Source: Tubiluchus corallicola
Lineage: Eukaryota; Animalia; Priapulida
Reading direction: 5' to 3'
Length of the DNA stretch: 23,517 bases
Assembly (NCBI GenBank): GCA_030141605.1
Contig: JAQGDQ010002474.1
Location: forward strand, 1 to 23,517
Numbering within the stretch: position 1 is the first letter of the stretch; every line of letters begins with the position of its first letter. Shown here one piece after another: positions 1 to 7,871 of this stretch. Both the position numbers and the translations under genes were made by a program. The notes under the pieces were generated by a model, which ran no database searches, was not told the origin of the DNA, and saw only the letters and a program-made list of their open reading frames with translations.

Positions 1-1
1 T

Positions 2-985
2 CTTTTTGTGGCATGGTTTACTAAAGCTAAAATATACAAAGCTATAAATATGGATACAACAGGAAAGTACGATGACTTAAAAAGCAACTCGCTTCAAACA
101 ACTATTGAAGCACTAGGTAAAGTTTTTGAGTTAGAAAAGACAGGCTCTGCAAATTACTTTTTTGCCAACACAGAAAAAGATGGAATATATTCTCATTACA
201 TGAATATAGGAATCACATCTTATACCGAAAATGACTTCCAAGACGCTTACAAAAACTTTCAATACGCAACAGAAGTAGAACCAGAAGACACTACAGCATT
301 ATTATATACCGCCATAGCCGCCTCTCAAATACCTAATTATGGGGAGGCTATTGAATACTACAAAAGACACAATGAAGTACAGCCATTAGAAAATATATAC
401 GCAAGTATGCTTAGTATCTATCTAACCCAAAAAGATACTACAACCGCTGTTGATCTTATGAAAGAAGCTATTGATAACTTTCCTGAAAATAAAGATTTTA
501 GGAACAACTACATTGTTTTATTAATCAATTTAAAAAAATCAAAGGAAGCAGAAGCAGCATTAAAGTCAGACATTGAAAAGTTCCCAAATAACATTATGAA
601 CTATTTTCAACTAGGGATATTATATACAGAAATTGAAGAAGAAGAAAAGGCAATAGAAACATATAAAAAAGGTCTTGAAATTGATTCTAAGTATTTTGAA
701 ATTAACTATAATTTGGGAGTAGTATACTTTAACAAAAGTAAAAAAATCATGGATGAGTTAAATGCAATGAACTTGAAAGAGTATCATAAAATGAAGAAAT
801 CTTATGAAGCCAGAGCGAATGAGGAGTACAAAAAAGCATTGCCTTACCTCGAAGCAGCCTATGAAGCCCAAAACAATGATACTCAGCTAATCTCTTCTCT
901 TATAGTGATATATAACGGGTTAAAAATGAAAGAAAAGGCAGAAGAAATGAGTGAAATATTAGAAAGGATGATGGGTTTGGAATAA
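2..985 (+). CDS. Tetratricopeptide-repeat (TPR) protein, probably 5'-truncated by the window edge
   Basis: Repeated TPR-like helical units (e.g. NYFQLGILYTEIEEEEKAIETYKKGLEIDSKYFEINYNLGVVYFN; YKKALPYLEAAYE). The frame is open back to base 2, so GTG at 8 is probably not the real start. Confidence 0.85.
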   Translation, partial: LFVAWFTKAKIYKAINMDTTGKYDDLKSNSLQTTIEALGKVFELEKTGSANYFFANTEKDGIYSHYMNIGITSYTENDFQDAYKNFQYATEVEPEDTTALLYTAIAASQIPNYGEAIEYYKRHNEVQPLENIYASMLSIYLTQKDTTTAVDLMKEAIDNFPENKDFRNNYIVLLINLKKSKEAEAALKSDIEKFPNNIMNYFQLGILYTEIEEEEKAIETYKKGLEIDSKYFEINYNLGVVYFNKSKKIMDELNAMNLKEYHKMKKSYEARANEEYKKALPYLEAAYEAQNNDTQLISSLIVIYNGLKMKEKAEEMSEILERMMGLE

Positions 986-1015
986 AGAAAGCTTAAATAG
1001 AACTAAACCATAGAC

Positions 1016-1048
1016 AAAAAGACTAAGTAATGATTACTTAGTCTTTTT
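1016..1048. terminator. Bidirectional intrinsic terminator between the convergent TPR and DAHP synthase genes
   Basis: Perfect 15-bp inverted repeat AAAAAGACTAAGTAA-tga-TTACTTAGTCTTTTT. The A5/T5 ends provide a U-tract on either strand. Confidence 0.7.
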
Positions 1049-2128
1049 ATCGTTATTACCTTTCATAATTTGCTCTTGAAACCTAATTGAAGCATCATGC
1101 ACTAGTTTAAACAAATCTACCATCAAATCAGGATTTAACCCAAACTTTTTTGCCCACCTATGCCTGCTTATAGTAATCTCCCGCCATCTATTTTTTTGAA
1201 ATACTGTAACATTATTCCTCCTCTTATATAAAGCTATTTCTTTTACAATATTCATTCTCCTAGCAAGCAACTCTAAAAGCTCCTTATCCGTAACATCTAT
1301 TTTGTTCCTCAATTCATCAATATGCTCTAAGTACTCCCTATTAGAAGAAGTAGACTGCCTATAAACTAAATTTTTTAATATATTTTCAAGCATCTTAGGA
1401 GTTACTTGCTGTGCCGCATCACTCCACGCTATATCCGGCTCCCTGTGAGCCTCTATCATCAAGCCATCATAATCCAAATTCATAGCTTTTTGCGAGACAT
1501 CAAATATCAAATCTCTCGCCCCACAAATATGACTAGAATCACATATCAATGGAATATCAGGCAACACCCTTTTCATCTCAAGTGGAATTTGCCATATAGG
1601 CAAGTTTCTGTAAATAGACTTTTGATATGAAGAAAAACCTCTATGAATAATTCCAAGTTTTTTCACCCCCACATTATAGATTCTTTCTACCGCTCCTAAC
1701 CACAACGCAAAGTCTGGGTTAACAGGATTTTTAATTAATACAGGTATATTTGCCCCTCTTAACGCTTCTGTTATTTCTTGCACAGCAAATGGATTAGCAG
1801 TCGTTCTTGCCCCTACCCATATCATGTCTATGCCTGCCTTTAAAGCCTGCTCCACATGCAAAGGACTACCTACCTCTGTTGTGAAAAACAACCCCGTCTC
1901 TTTTTTTATTCTTTGAACCCACGCCAAGGCTTCCTTTCCCACACCTTCAAAATTATTTGGTCTAGTGCGTGGTTTCCAAATTCCCGTTCTAATCATTTCA
2001 ATTCCCATAGCTTTTAACCGAACAGAAGTGTCATAAAGTTGCTCTTCTGTTTCAGCACTACAAGGTCCTGCTATTATCCAAGGTTTTTTGATGTTAAACC
2101 CCCAATTATCTATTTTTTCAAATTTCAT
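1034..2128 (-). CDS. Bifunctional DAHP synthase (type I-beta) / chorismate mutase (C-terminal AroQ)
   Basis: IIAGPCSAE, WKPRT, GARTT, IKNP, IHRGF, CDSSH, GLMIEAH and SDAAQQ motifs. C-terminal LRNKIDVTDKELLELLARRM...IALYK chorismate mutase domain, the typical Bacteroidota architecture. Confidence 0.93.
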   Translation of the reverse strand: MKFEKIDNWGFNIKKPWIIAGPCSAETEEQLYDTSVRLKAMGIEMIRTGIWKPRTRPNNFEGVGKEALAWVQRIKKETGLFFTTEVGSPLHVEQALKAGIDMIWVGARTTANPFAVQEITEALRGANIPVLIKNPVNPDFALWLGAVERIYNVGVKKLGIIHRGFSSYQKSIYRNLPIWQIPLEMKRVLPDIPLICDSSHICGARDLIFDVSQKAMNLDYDGLMIEAHREPDIAWSDAAQQVTPKMLENILKNLVYRQSTSSNREYLEHIDELRNKIDVTDKELLELLARRMNIVKEIALYKRRNNVTVFQKNRWREITISRHRWAKKFGLNPDLMVDLFKLVHDASIRFQEQIMKGNNDKKTK

Positions 2129-2185
2129 TTTTTTTTTCTTATCAATATATTATTTTTACGTTGCTAATACGTTATTTTTAGTTCG

Positions 2186-2193
2186 CAAATTTA
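2186..2193 (-). promoter_or_regulatory. Bacteroidota sigma-A -7 promoter element for the DAHP synthase gene
   Basis: The minus strand reads TAAATTTG(CG), an exact TAnnTTTG match ~57 nt upstream of the ATG. No clear -33 element seen. Confidence 0.6.
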
Positions 2194-2204
2194 CAACAAA
2201 ATCC

Positions 2205-3386
2205 ATGAAAAACACTATTAATTTCAATGATACTTCAAAAGCATTTTCGTATAAAAGCAATACTGAGCTAAAAAAAAGCTATTTTCTATTTAAGCTTATC
2301 AACAGCAATAGTTTTGTGAAAATAATGACTACGATAGCAAAAATATGCCTCAGTTTGCGCCTACCTATAAAAACACTGATTAAAAAAACAATATTCAAAC
2401 AATTTTGTGGAGGCAACACAATAGAAGAAAGCCAACAGGTTGTCAATATGTTGGCAAAATATAAAATTCACTCAATACTTGATTATGCCGTCGAAGGTAT
2501 GAGTGACAATAAAACAATAAAAAAGACTGTTAATGAAATTATTAAAACAATTCATTTAGCGCATGTAAATAAAAACATTCCCTTTTGTGCCTTTAAGCCT
2601 ACTAGCATCATCTCTGTCGATTTGTTGGCAAAAATACAAGATAATAAAGAGCTATCAACAGAAGAGCAAACAGTATACGAACAAGCACGAAGCCATTTTT
2701 TCTCTTTTATTGAAGCATCATACCAATATAAAGTAAGCTTTTTTATAGATAGTGAAGAAAGTTGGATACAAAAACCAATAGATGACCTTGCATATAGGGC
2801 GATGGAAAAATACAACAAAAAAAAATGTATCGTCTATCACACGTATCAGATGTATAAAAAAAACATGATAGAGGAATTAAAAGAAGCACACAAAATAGCA
2901 AAGAAAAAAGGATACATTTTGGGTGCAAAGTTGGTGCGAGGAGCATACATGGATAAAGAGCGAAAAAGAGCAAAAAAATTAGGGTACCCCTCTCCTATTA
3001 TGCCTACAAAAAAAGACACTGACGAGCAGTTTGATGAAGCAATAAGATATTGTATACAAAATATAAACACTATTCACCTTTGCTGCTGTTCTCATAATGA
3101 AAAAAGTAATTTATTGCTTACAGACCTCATGGCACAATATAAAATCAAAAAAAATGACCTGCGCGTGTTTACTGCACAACTATTTGGCATGAGCGATCAC
3201 ATTTCATTTAATCTTGCAGATATGGGATATAATGTAGCGAAATATATTCCATATGGACCTATAAAAAAGACTTTTGCTTATCTTGTAAGAAGAGCAGAAG
3301 AAAATACATCAGTAATGGAGCAAAAAAATAGAGAGGTTCAACTACTTCATACGGAAATTACAAGGCGAAAAAATGCCCGTTTATAG
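2205..3386 (+). CDS. Monofunctional proline dehydrogenase
   Basis: FKQFCGG, SILDYAVEG, IDSEESWIQ, TYQMY, GAKLVRGAYM, SHNEKS, QLFGMSD, KYIPYGP and YLVRRAEEN motifs. Start placed at ATG 2205 (MKNTINF); the ORF extension to 2088 overlaps the divergent gene and its promoter. Confidence 0.92.
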   Translation: MKNTINFNDTSKAFSYKSNTELKKSYFLFKLINSNSFVKIMTTIAKICLSLRLPIKTLIKKTIFKQFCGGNTIEESQQVVNMLAKYKIHSILDYAVEGMSDNKTIKKTVNEIIKTIHLAHVNKNIPFCAFKPTSIISVDLLAKIQDNKELSTEEQTVYEQARSHFFSFIEASYQYKVSFFIDSEESWIQKPIDDLAYRAMEKYNKKKCIVYHTYQMYKKNMIEELKEAHKIAKKKGYILGAKLVRGAYMDKERKRAKKLGYPSPIMPTKKDTDEQFDEAIRYCIQNINTIHLCCCSHNEKSNLLLTDLMAQYKIKKNDLRVFTAQLFGMSDHISFNLADMGYNVAKYIPYGPIKKTFAYLVRRAEENTSVMEQKNREVQLLHTEITRRKNARL

Positions 3387-3416
3387 TAAAAAATTAATTA
3401 AAGAATTGACACACCT

Positions 3417-4529
3417 ATGAAAGTTATTTTCAACAATTTTGGCCCCATACGAGAAGCGCAAATAGATTTAAAAAAAAAATTAAATGTATTATGTGGTAAT
3501 AATAACACAGGAAAAACCTACATTGCATACGCTATTTATGGATTGGTAGAGCAACTAAGCGTTGTGGACCCCTCATGGAAAGGGACTTTTTGCATAGATA
3601 GGCAATTGATGCAACGAATCTTTGGGCTTTCCCTGCAAGAAACCAATATGTTATTTAAAGATGCGATCCTGTATGTAAAGAATGGAGATATTTTGGCTTC
3701 TTGGGCTTCATCTGGAATTCATAATGCCTATATACTGCCCGTAGAACGAAGTGCCATACACACCTTCTCAAAAGAACTCTCTCTTAAAAGGCACTTCTTA
3801 TTAGACCAAATGCATGACCTATATGAAAGGACAAGAATTAATGACTTTATAAAAAATCGCACCACAAGATACCCTTTGCCAATACGAAATGAACTAAGAA
3901 TAGCAGAAGACATGGTAGAGCTTCAAAAATACGAAAGCAAGTTTCAAAAATTTGCCCAACAAGTAGAAATGAATTTATTGGGAGGAGTTGTGTCAGTAAG
4001 TAAAGAAGGAGAAATGCTATTTACCCCCAACAAAGCCCGATCAAAAAAAACTCCTATTTGCCTTTCCGCCTCTACAGTTAAAACACTGTCAAGTTTAGTG
4101 TTTTACCTTAAACATTTAGCTAAAAAAAATGATTTAATCATCATAGACGAACCGGAGTTAAATCTACATCCCAACAACCAAATATTGCTCACCAGAATAT
4201 TTGCAAAACTAATTTCTGAAGGATTTAGGCTACTTATCAGCACCCACAGTGACTATATTATAAGAGAGCTAAATAACTTAATAATGCTATCGAATAAAAA
4301 AGAAAGTATACAAAAAAAAGCAAAGGAATTTGGCTATTCTCCCAAAGAAAAAATAAATAAAGAGGACGTAGCGGCTTATCTGTTCAAACACTCAGCAAGT
4401 TCAAAAATAGCTGTACAGTCAATTGAGGTATCAGAAGATGGATTTGATGTGGATACTATTGACACAGAAATACATAACCTCAATCAACGCTCACAAGAAC
4501 TTTATTACTTTTTAAAATATGAAGAATAG
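3417..4529 (+). CDS. ABC-type AAA ATPase (AAA_15/AAA_21-like), non-transporter
   Basis: N-terminal FNNFGPI, Walker A GNNNTGKT, degenerate signature LSASTVKTL, Walker B/D-loop IIIDEPELNLHP and H-loop ISTHSDY. No transmembrane segments. Confidence 0.85.
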   Translation: MKVIFNNFGPIREAQIDLKKKLNVLCGNNNTGKTYIAYAIYGLVEQLSVVDPSWKGTFCIDRQLMQRIFGLSLQETNMLFKDAILYVKNGDILASWASSGIHNAYILPVERSAIHTFSKELSLKRHFLLDQMHDLYERTRINDFIKNRTTRYPLPIRNELRIAEDMVELQKYESKFQKFAQQVEMNLLGGVVSVSKEGEMLFTPNKARSKKTPICLSASTVKTLSSLVFYLKHLAKKNDLIIIDEPELNLHPNNQILLTRIFAKLISEGFRLLISTHSDYIIRELNNLIMLSNKKESIQKKAKEFGYSPKEKINKEDVAAYLFKHSASSKIAVQSIEVSEDGFDVDTIDTEIHNLNQRSQELYYFLKYEE

Positions 4530-5028
4530 CATATTAAAAAAAATACAAAGATGCTTGTTGAAAGAGCTCGAAATAGAAGGAAGAGAGAAAAGAGTGCTGA
4601 TAGATAAACAGAGTCTGCAAAAAGTAACATTAAAATTTAAGGGAGACTATTTGCTCTATAACTTTGAAAAAACCCACAATATATTCCCATACTTCAACGA
4701 TATAAAAGGATTAAAAGCTATTTGTGATTACATCTTTTTCACCATAAGAAACCATAAGTTATTTGGCATTGCTATAGAGCTAAAAAAAACGAGAATAACC
4801 AATGATATACAATTAGAAATGTCTAAAAATTTCATTACCTTTGTTCTTGAACGAATCAATAAATCTACTCCTCTTAACATAAAAACAGAGGTAAAAGGAA
4901 TTGCTGTTGTAGAGCATCCCATTGTCAAAGGAGTGACAAAACCCAGTAGCAATTTTAAACAAATGTTTAACAATAACAATATTTTGTGGAATGGTCAGTC
5001 GCTACCTATTTTCATTTTCACAAATTAA
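4519..5028 (+). CDS. Hypothetical protein, possible PD-(D/E)XK-fold nuclease partner of the ATPase
   Basis: Overlaps the ATPase 3' end by 11 bp. Contains CDYIFF-x8-GIAIELKK followed by a helix with Q (DIQL), resembling a D...ExK nuclease core. Confidence 0.55.
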   Translation: MKNSILKKIQRCLLKELEIEGREKRVLIDKQSLQKVTLKFKGDYLLYNFEKTHNIFPYFNDIKGLKAICDYIFFTIRNHKLFGIAIELKKTRITNDIQLEMSKNFITFVLERINKSTPLNIKTEVKGIAVVEHPIVKGVTKPSSNFKQMFNNNNILWNGQSLPIFIFTN

Positions 5029-5043
5029 CATTTCAAATATTCA

Positions 5044-6042
5044 ATGCTTCAAACTCACAATTTAAATATAGGATTTTTAGACAAAAAAAAATCAAAAAAT
5101 TTAATTCAAAATTTAAATACAAACATCAAACAGGGTGAAATGATAGCGTTGATAGGGGCAAACGGTATAGGAAAATCTACACTTATTAGAACCCTCACAG
5201 GGCTACACGATGCAACAAAAGGAGACATTTCTGTCAACAATATAAATCTGAAAAAGTTATCCAATACAGAAAAAGCAAAAAAAATTAGTGTCGCTCTTAC
5301 TGACAAAGTTACGATAGAGAACATAAAGGCATATAATGTCATAGCACTAGGAAGATACCCACATATAGGGTGGTGGGACAAATTGCAGCCAAAAGATAAA
5401 GCAATTATAAATCAAGCTACAAAAAATGCAAATATAGAACATGCTCTAAACAAAAACTTCAACGAACTAAGCGATGGAGAAAAGCAAAAGGTAATGATTG
5501 CTAGAGTATTAGCTCAAGACACACCTTTTATTCTTCTTGACGAGCCAGTTGCACACCTTGATATATTAAACAAGTCCGAAATCATCCAATTAATTTATTC
5601 ATTAACTAGAAATGAAAACAAAGGCATTCTGTTTTCTACACACGAACTTGACTTAATATTACCATTTGTAGATAAATGTTGGGTGATAATGCCTAACAAA
5701 AAACTATATTGTGGCACCCCAGAAGACATGATGCTTAATGATATCATTCAAAAGGCTTTCTTTGGCAACCGCCCTAACAGTTTGCAACACAAAAATCACA
5801 AAAGTCTACTCCAAAAAAAAGAAAAGCCCGTAAAATATATAATGATTAAAAAAAGTGATGACAGTAAACAGCTTCATTGGACTAAAAAAGCATTGAAACG
5901 TTTGGGGTATCGTGTAAGCGATAATAAAGAGAAAACAAAAACATATATAAAAATAGAAAAGGGAAAATGGATAATAGATGTTGAAAACAGAAAGCTTACT
6001 TGCTCCTCAATAGAGAAGGTTCTAAAGACACTTAAGCCTTAA
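5044..6042 (+). CDS. ABC transporter ATP-binding subunit, cobalamin/Fe-siderophore (BtuD/FepC) type
   Basis: GANGIGKST, ALGRYPH, LSDGEKQKVMIARVLAQDT, LLDEPVAHLD and STHEL motifs, plus a Bacteroidota-like C-terminal extension (WTKKALKRLGY). Confidence 0.9.
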   Translation: MLQTHNLNIGFLDKKKSKNLIQNLNTNIKQGEMIALIGANGIGKSTLIRTLTGLHDATKGDISVNNINLKKLSNTEKAKKISVALTDKVTIENIKAYNVIALGRYPHIGWWDKLQPKDKAIINQATKNANIEHALNKNFNELSDGEKQKVMIARVLAQDTPFILLDEPVAHLDILNKSEIIQLIYSLTRNENKGILFSTHELDLILPFVDKCWVIMPNKKLYCGTPEDMMLNDIIQKAFFGNRPNSLQHKNHKSLLQKKEKPVKYIMIKKSDDSKQLHWTKKALKRLGYRVSDNKEKTKTYIKIEKGKWIIDVENRKLTCSSIEKVLKTLKP

Positions 6043-6094
6043 CATCTCCTTCTATCATATAGATTAAAAATCTCAAAGTTTTTTAGAATAAGGC

Positions 6095-6126
6095 TTTGCT
6101 TTATTACCGTTTTTTTTCTAATCTTG
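6095..6126 (+). promoter_or_regulatory. Putative Bacteroidota sigma-A promoter for the DUF4139 gene and downstream genes
   Basis: TTTG (6095-6098), a 20-nt spacer, then TAATCTTG (6119-6126, one mismatch to TAnnTTTG). Confidence 0.5.
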
Positions 6127-6145
6127 TAATTGAACAACTAAACAA

Positions 6146-6201
6146 AAAACAAATACTATAATTATGAAAACAAATACTATCATTATGAAAACAAACACTA
6201 T
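6146..6201 (+). repeat. 21-bp tandem repeat (~2.7 copies) spanning the start codon
   Basis: AAAACAAATACTATAATTATG / AAAACAAATACTATCATTATG / AAAACAAACACTAT. It creates two in-frame ATGs (6164, 6185) and the peptide MKTNTII-MKTNTIF. Confidence 0.9.
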
Positions 6202-7854
6202 ATTCCTAATACTACTGGTTTTTAGTGTAAGTGCGTATGCACAAAGACAAAATGTAATATCAGAAATTCATTTTCAGCCGTTTCCAACACCCCCCCGTGC
6301 GTATGCACAAAGACAAAATGTAATATCAGAAATAACAAAAGTGGTTGTCTTTCGAAAAGGCGCGCAAATCCACCGCACAACATCAGAAGTTTCGATCAAT
6401 AAAGAAACAACAGACATTATTATTCGCGGGCTTTCTCCATACATTAGTCCTTCAAGCCTATCAGCAAACACAAGCACAAGCAATGTAACTATTTTATCTG
6501 TAAGCAGTGAAAAAGATTACATCTCAGAGCAAAACAACAATAGCGCGTTTCAAATTTTACAAGATAAACACGACCTCTTAGGCGACAGCATAACCTACCA
6601 AAACAAGCTCTATAATGTCTATGAAGAAGAGAAAAAAATGATATTGACTAACCAAAAAGTCACAGGAGATAACTCAGGATTGAACATGCAAACATTAAAA
6701 GCCAATGCGAACTTTTACAGAACTCGACTCTGGGAAATAGAACAAAAAATGATTAGTATAAATAAAAAGAAAAAAGAACTCAAAGAAGAAAAAAATAAAA
6801 TATATAAGCAGCTCAACGATGCTGAATATAAGAAACATAGACCAACAAGCCAAGTCACTATTACAGTAGTAGCTCATAGTGCTACAAAAGCAAGCTTTTC
6901 TATAAGCTATTACACTTCCAACGCAACCTGGCGCCCAACCTATGATGTGAGAGCAAGTGATATTTCTAACCCTATTCAACTAATATACAAAGCAGAGATT
7001 AAACAAAACACTGGTGAAGAATGGGAAAATGTCCTCTGCTGCTTTCTACTAATGCCCCTTCCAGCAATAACAATATCCCCTCTTTACTACCTTATTATTT
7101 GTCTATTAATCACATAGCACCCGCTAATCACATAGTACCCGCACCCATGTCTCTTAGCATTAGAGGCAATATTGTAAATAAAGAAGGTATGGAAGAAGAA
7201 GTAACGAAGCAAGAAGAGTCTTTTCCACTTTTCACAGCCCTAGAAAAAATCACAAGCATAGAGTTAGCAACTAAAGAAAAGTATACCATTCTTTCCAACA
7301 ACAAAGAATACACGGTAAATATATTAGAGTATGAAATTCCTGTTAGTTATCAATATATGTGCGTTCCAGAAATATCTAATAAAGCGTTTCTAACAGCCCA
7401 AATAACTAATTGGAACGACTATCATTTATTGCCCGGAAGAGCCAATTTGTATTTTGAAAACTCATACAAAGGCCATACCAACATGAATACGCACTCTATA
7501 GAAGGCGCCCTTGTATTGTCATTAGGCTATGATGAACAATTAATAGTCAAAAGAGAAAGCATTAAAAATTTTTCTAGCAAGCAAACAATTGGTACACAAA
7601 CAAAAATAGCAAAAGGATGGGAAATAAGTGTTAGGAACAATAAAAAACAACCCATAACCATTCTCATTGAAGACCAATATCCTATTTCTAACGACAAAAG
7701 CATAAAAGTTGAAAAAGTAGAACATCATGGCGCAAAAGCTGACCCAAAAACAGGCAAAGTGTCTTGGGTATTAGATGTAGCCCCATCTACAACACAAAAA
7801 GTAAATTTGAAATATGAAGTAAAATACCCAAAAAACGTTTCCATAAATTTATAA
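6164..7854 (+). CDS. Secreted DUF4140 (N-term) / DUF4139 (C-term) protein (MuiA-like), split by one frameshift at ~7033
   Basis: Signal peptide ending SAYA|Q; ITKVVVFRKGAQIHR; coiled coil; SYYTSNATWRPTYDVR...IKQNTGEEWENV continues in the other frame as PLLLSTNAP...LLPGRANLYFE...LSLGYD...IEDQYPIS...YEVKYPK. Adding one base at the CC of 7033-7034 joins ORFs 6164..7117 and 7021..7854. Confidence 0.85.
6231..6333 (+). repeat. 37-bp perfect direct repeat flanking a 29-bp unique insert
   Basis: GTGCGTATGCACAAAGACAAAATGTAATATCAGAAAT at 6231-6267 and 6297-6333, with the insert TCATTTTCAGCCGTTTCCAACACCCCCCC at 6268-6296. The period is 66 bp, which is in frame. Confidence 0.95.
7107..7142 (+). repeat. 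18-bp tandem duplication (NHIAPA/NHIVPA)
   Basis: TAATCACATAGCACCCGC followed by TAATCACATAGTACCCGC, one mismatch. Confidence 0.9.
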
Positions 7855-7871
7855 AAAAACAAAAACAAAGT

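Noticed and set aside
2128-2137. T10 homopolymer as a phase-variation tract
   Set aside because: It is the A-rich leader abutting the minus-strand ATG, normal for Bacteroidota initiation.
2088-2204. 39-aa hydrophobic N-terminal extension of proline dehydrogenase
   Set aside because: It overlaps the divergent gene's start and promoter, and the F/I richness reflects T-rich intergenic DNA. ATG 2205 fits the family start.
6231-6333. Bona fide CRISPR array
   Set aside because: Only two copies, the repeat is non-palindromic native coding sequence, and no cas genes are in the window. Kept only as a possible ectopic integration footprint.
7021-7117. Two separate overlapping genes or a programmed frameshift
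   Set aside because: A single missing base at 7033-7034 restores the continuous family motif WENVPLLLST, and no slippery heptamer is present at the site.
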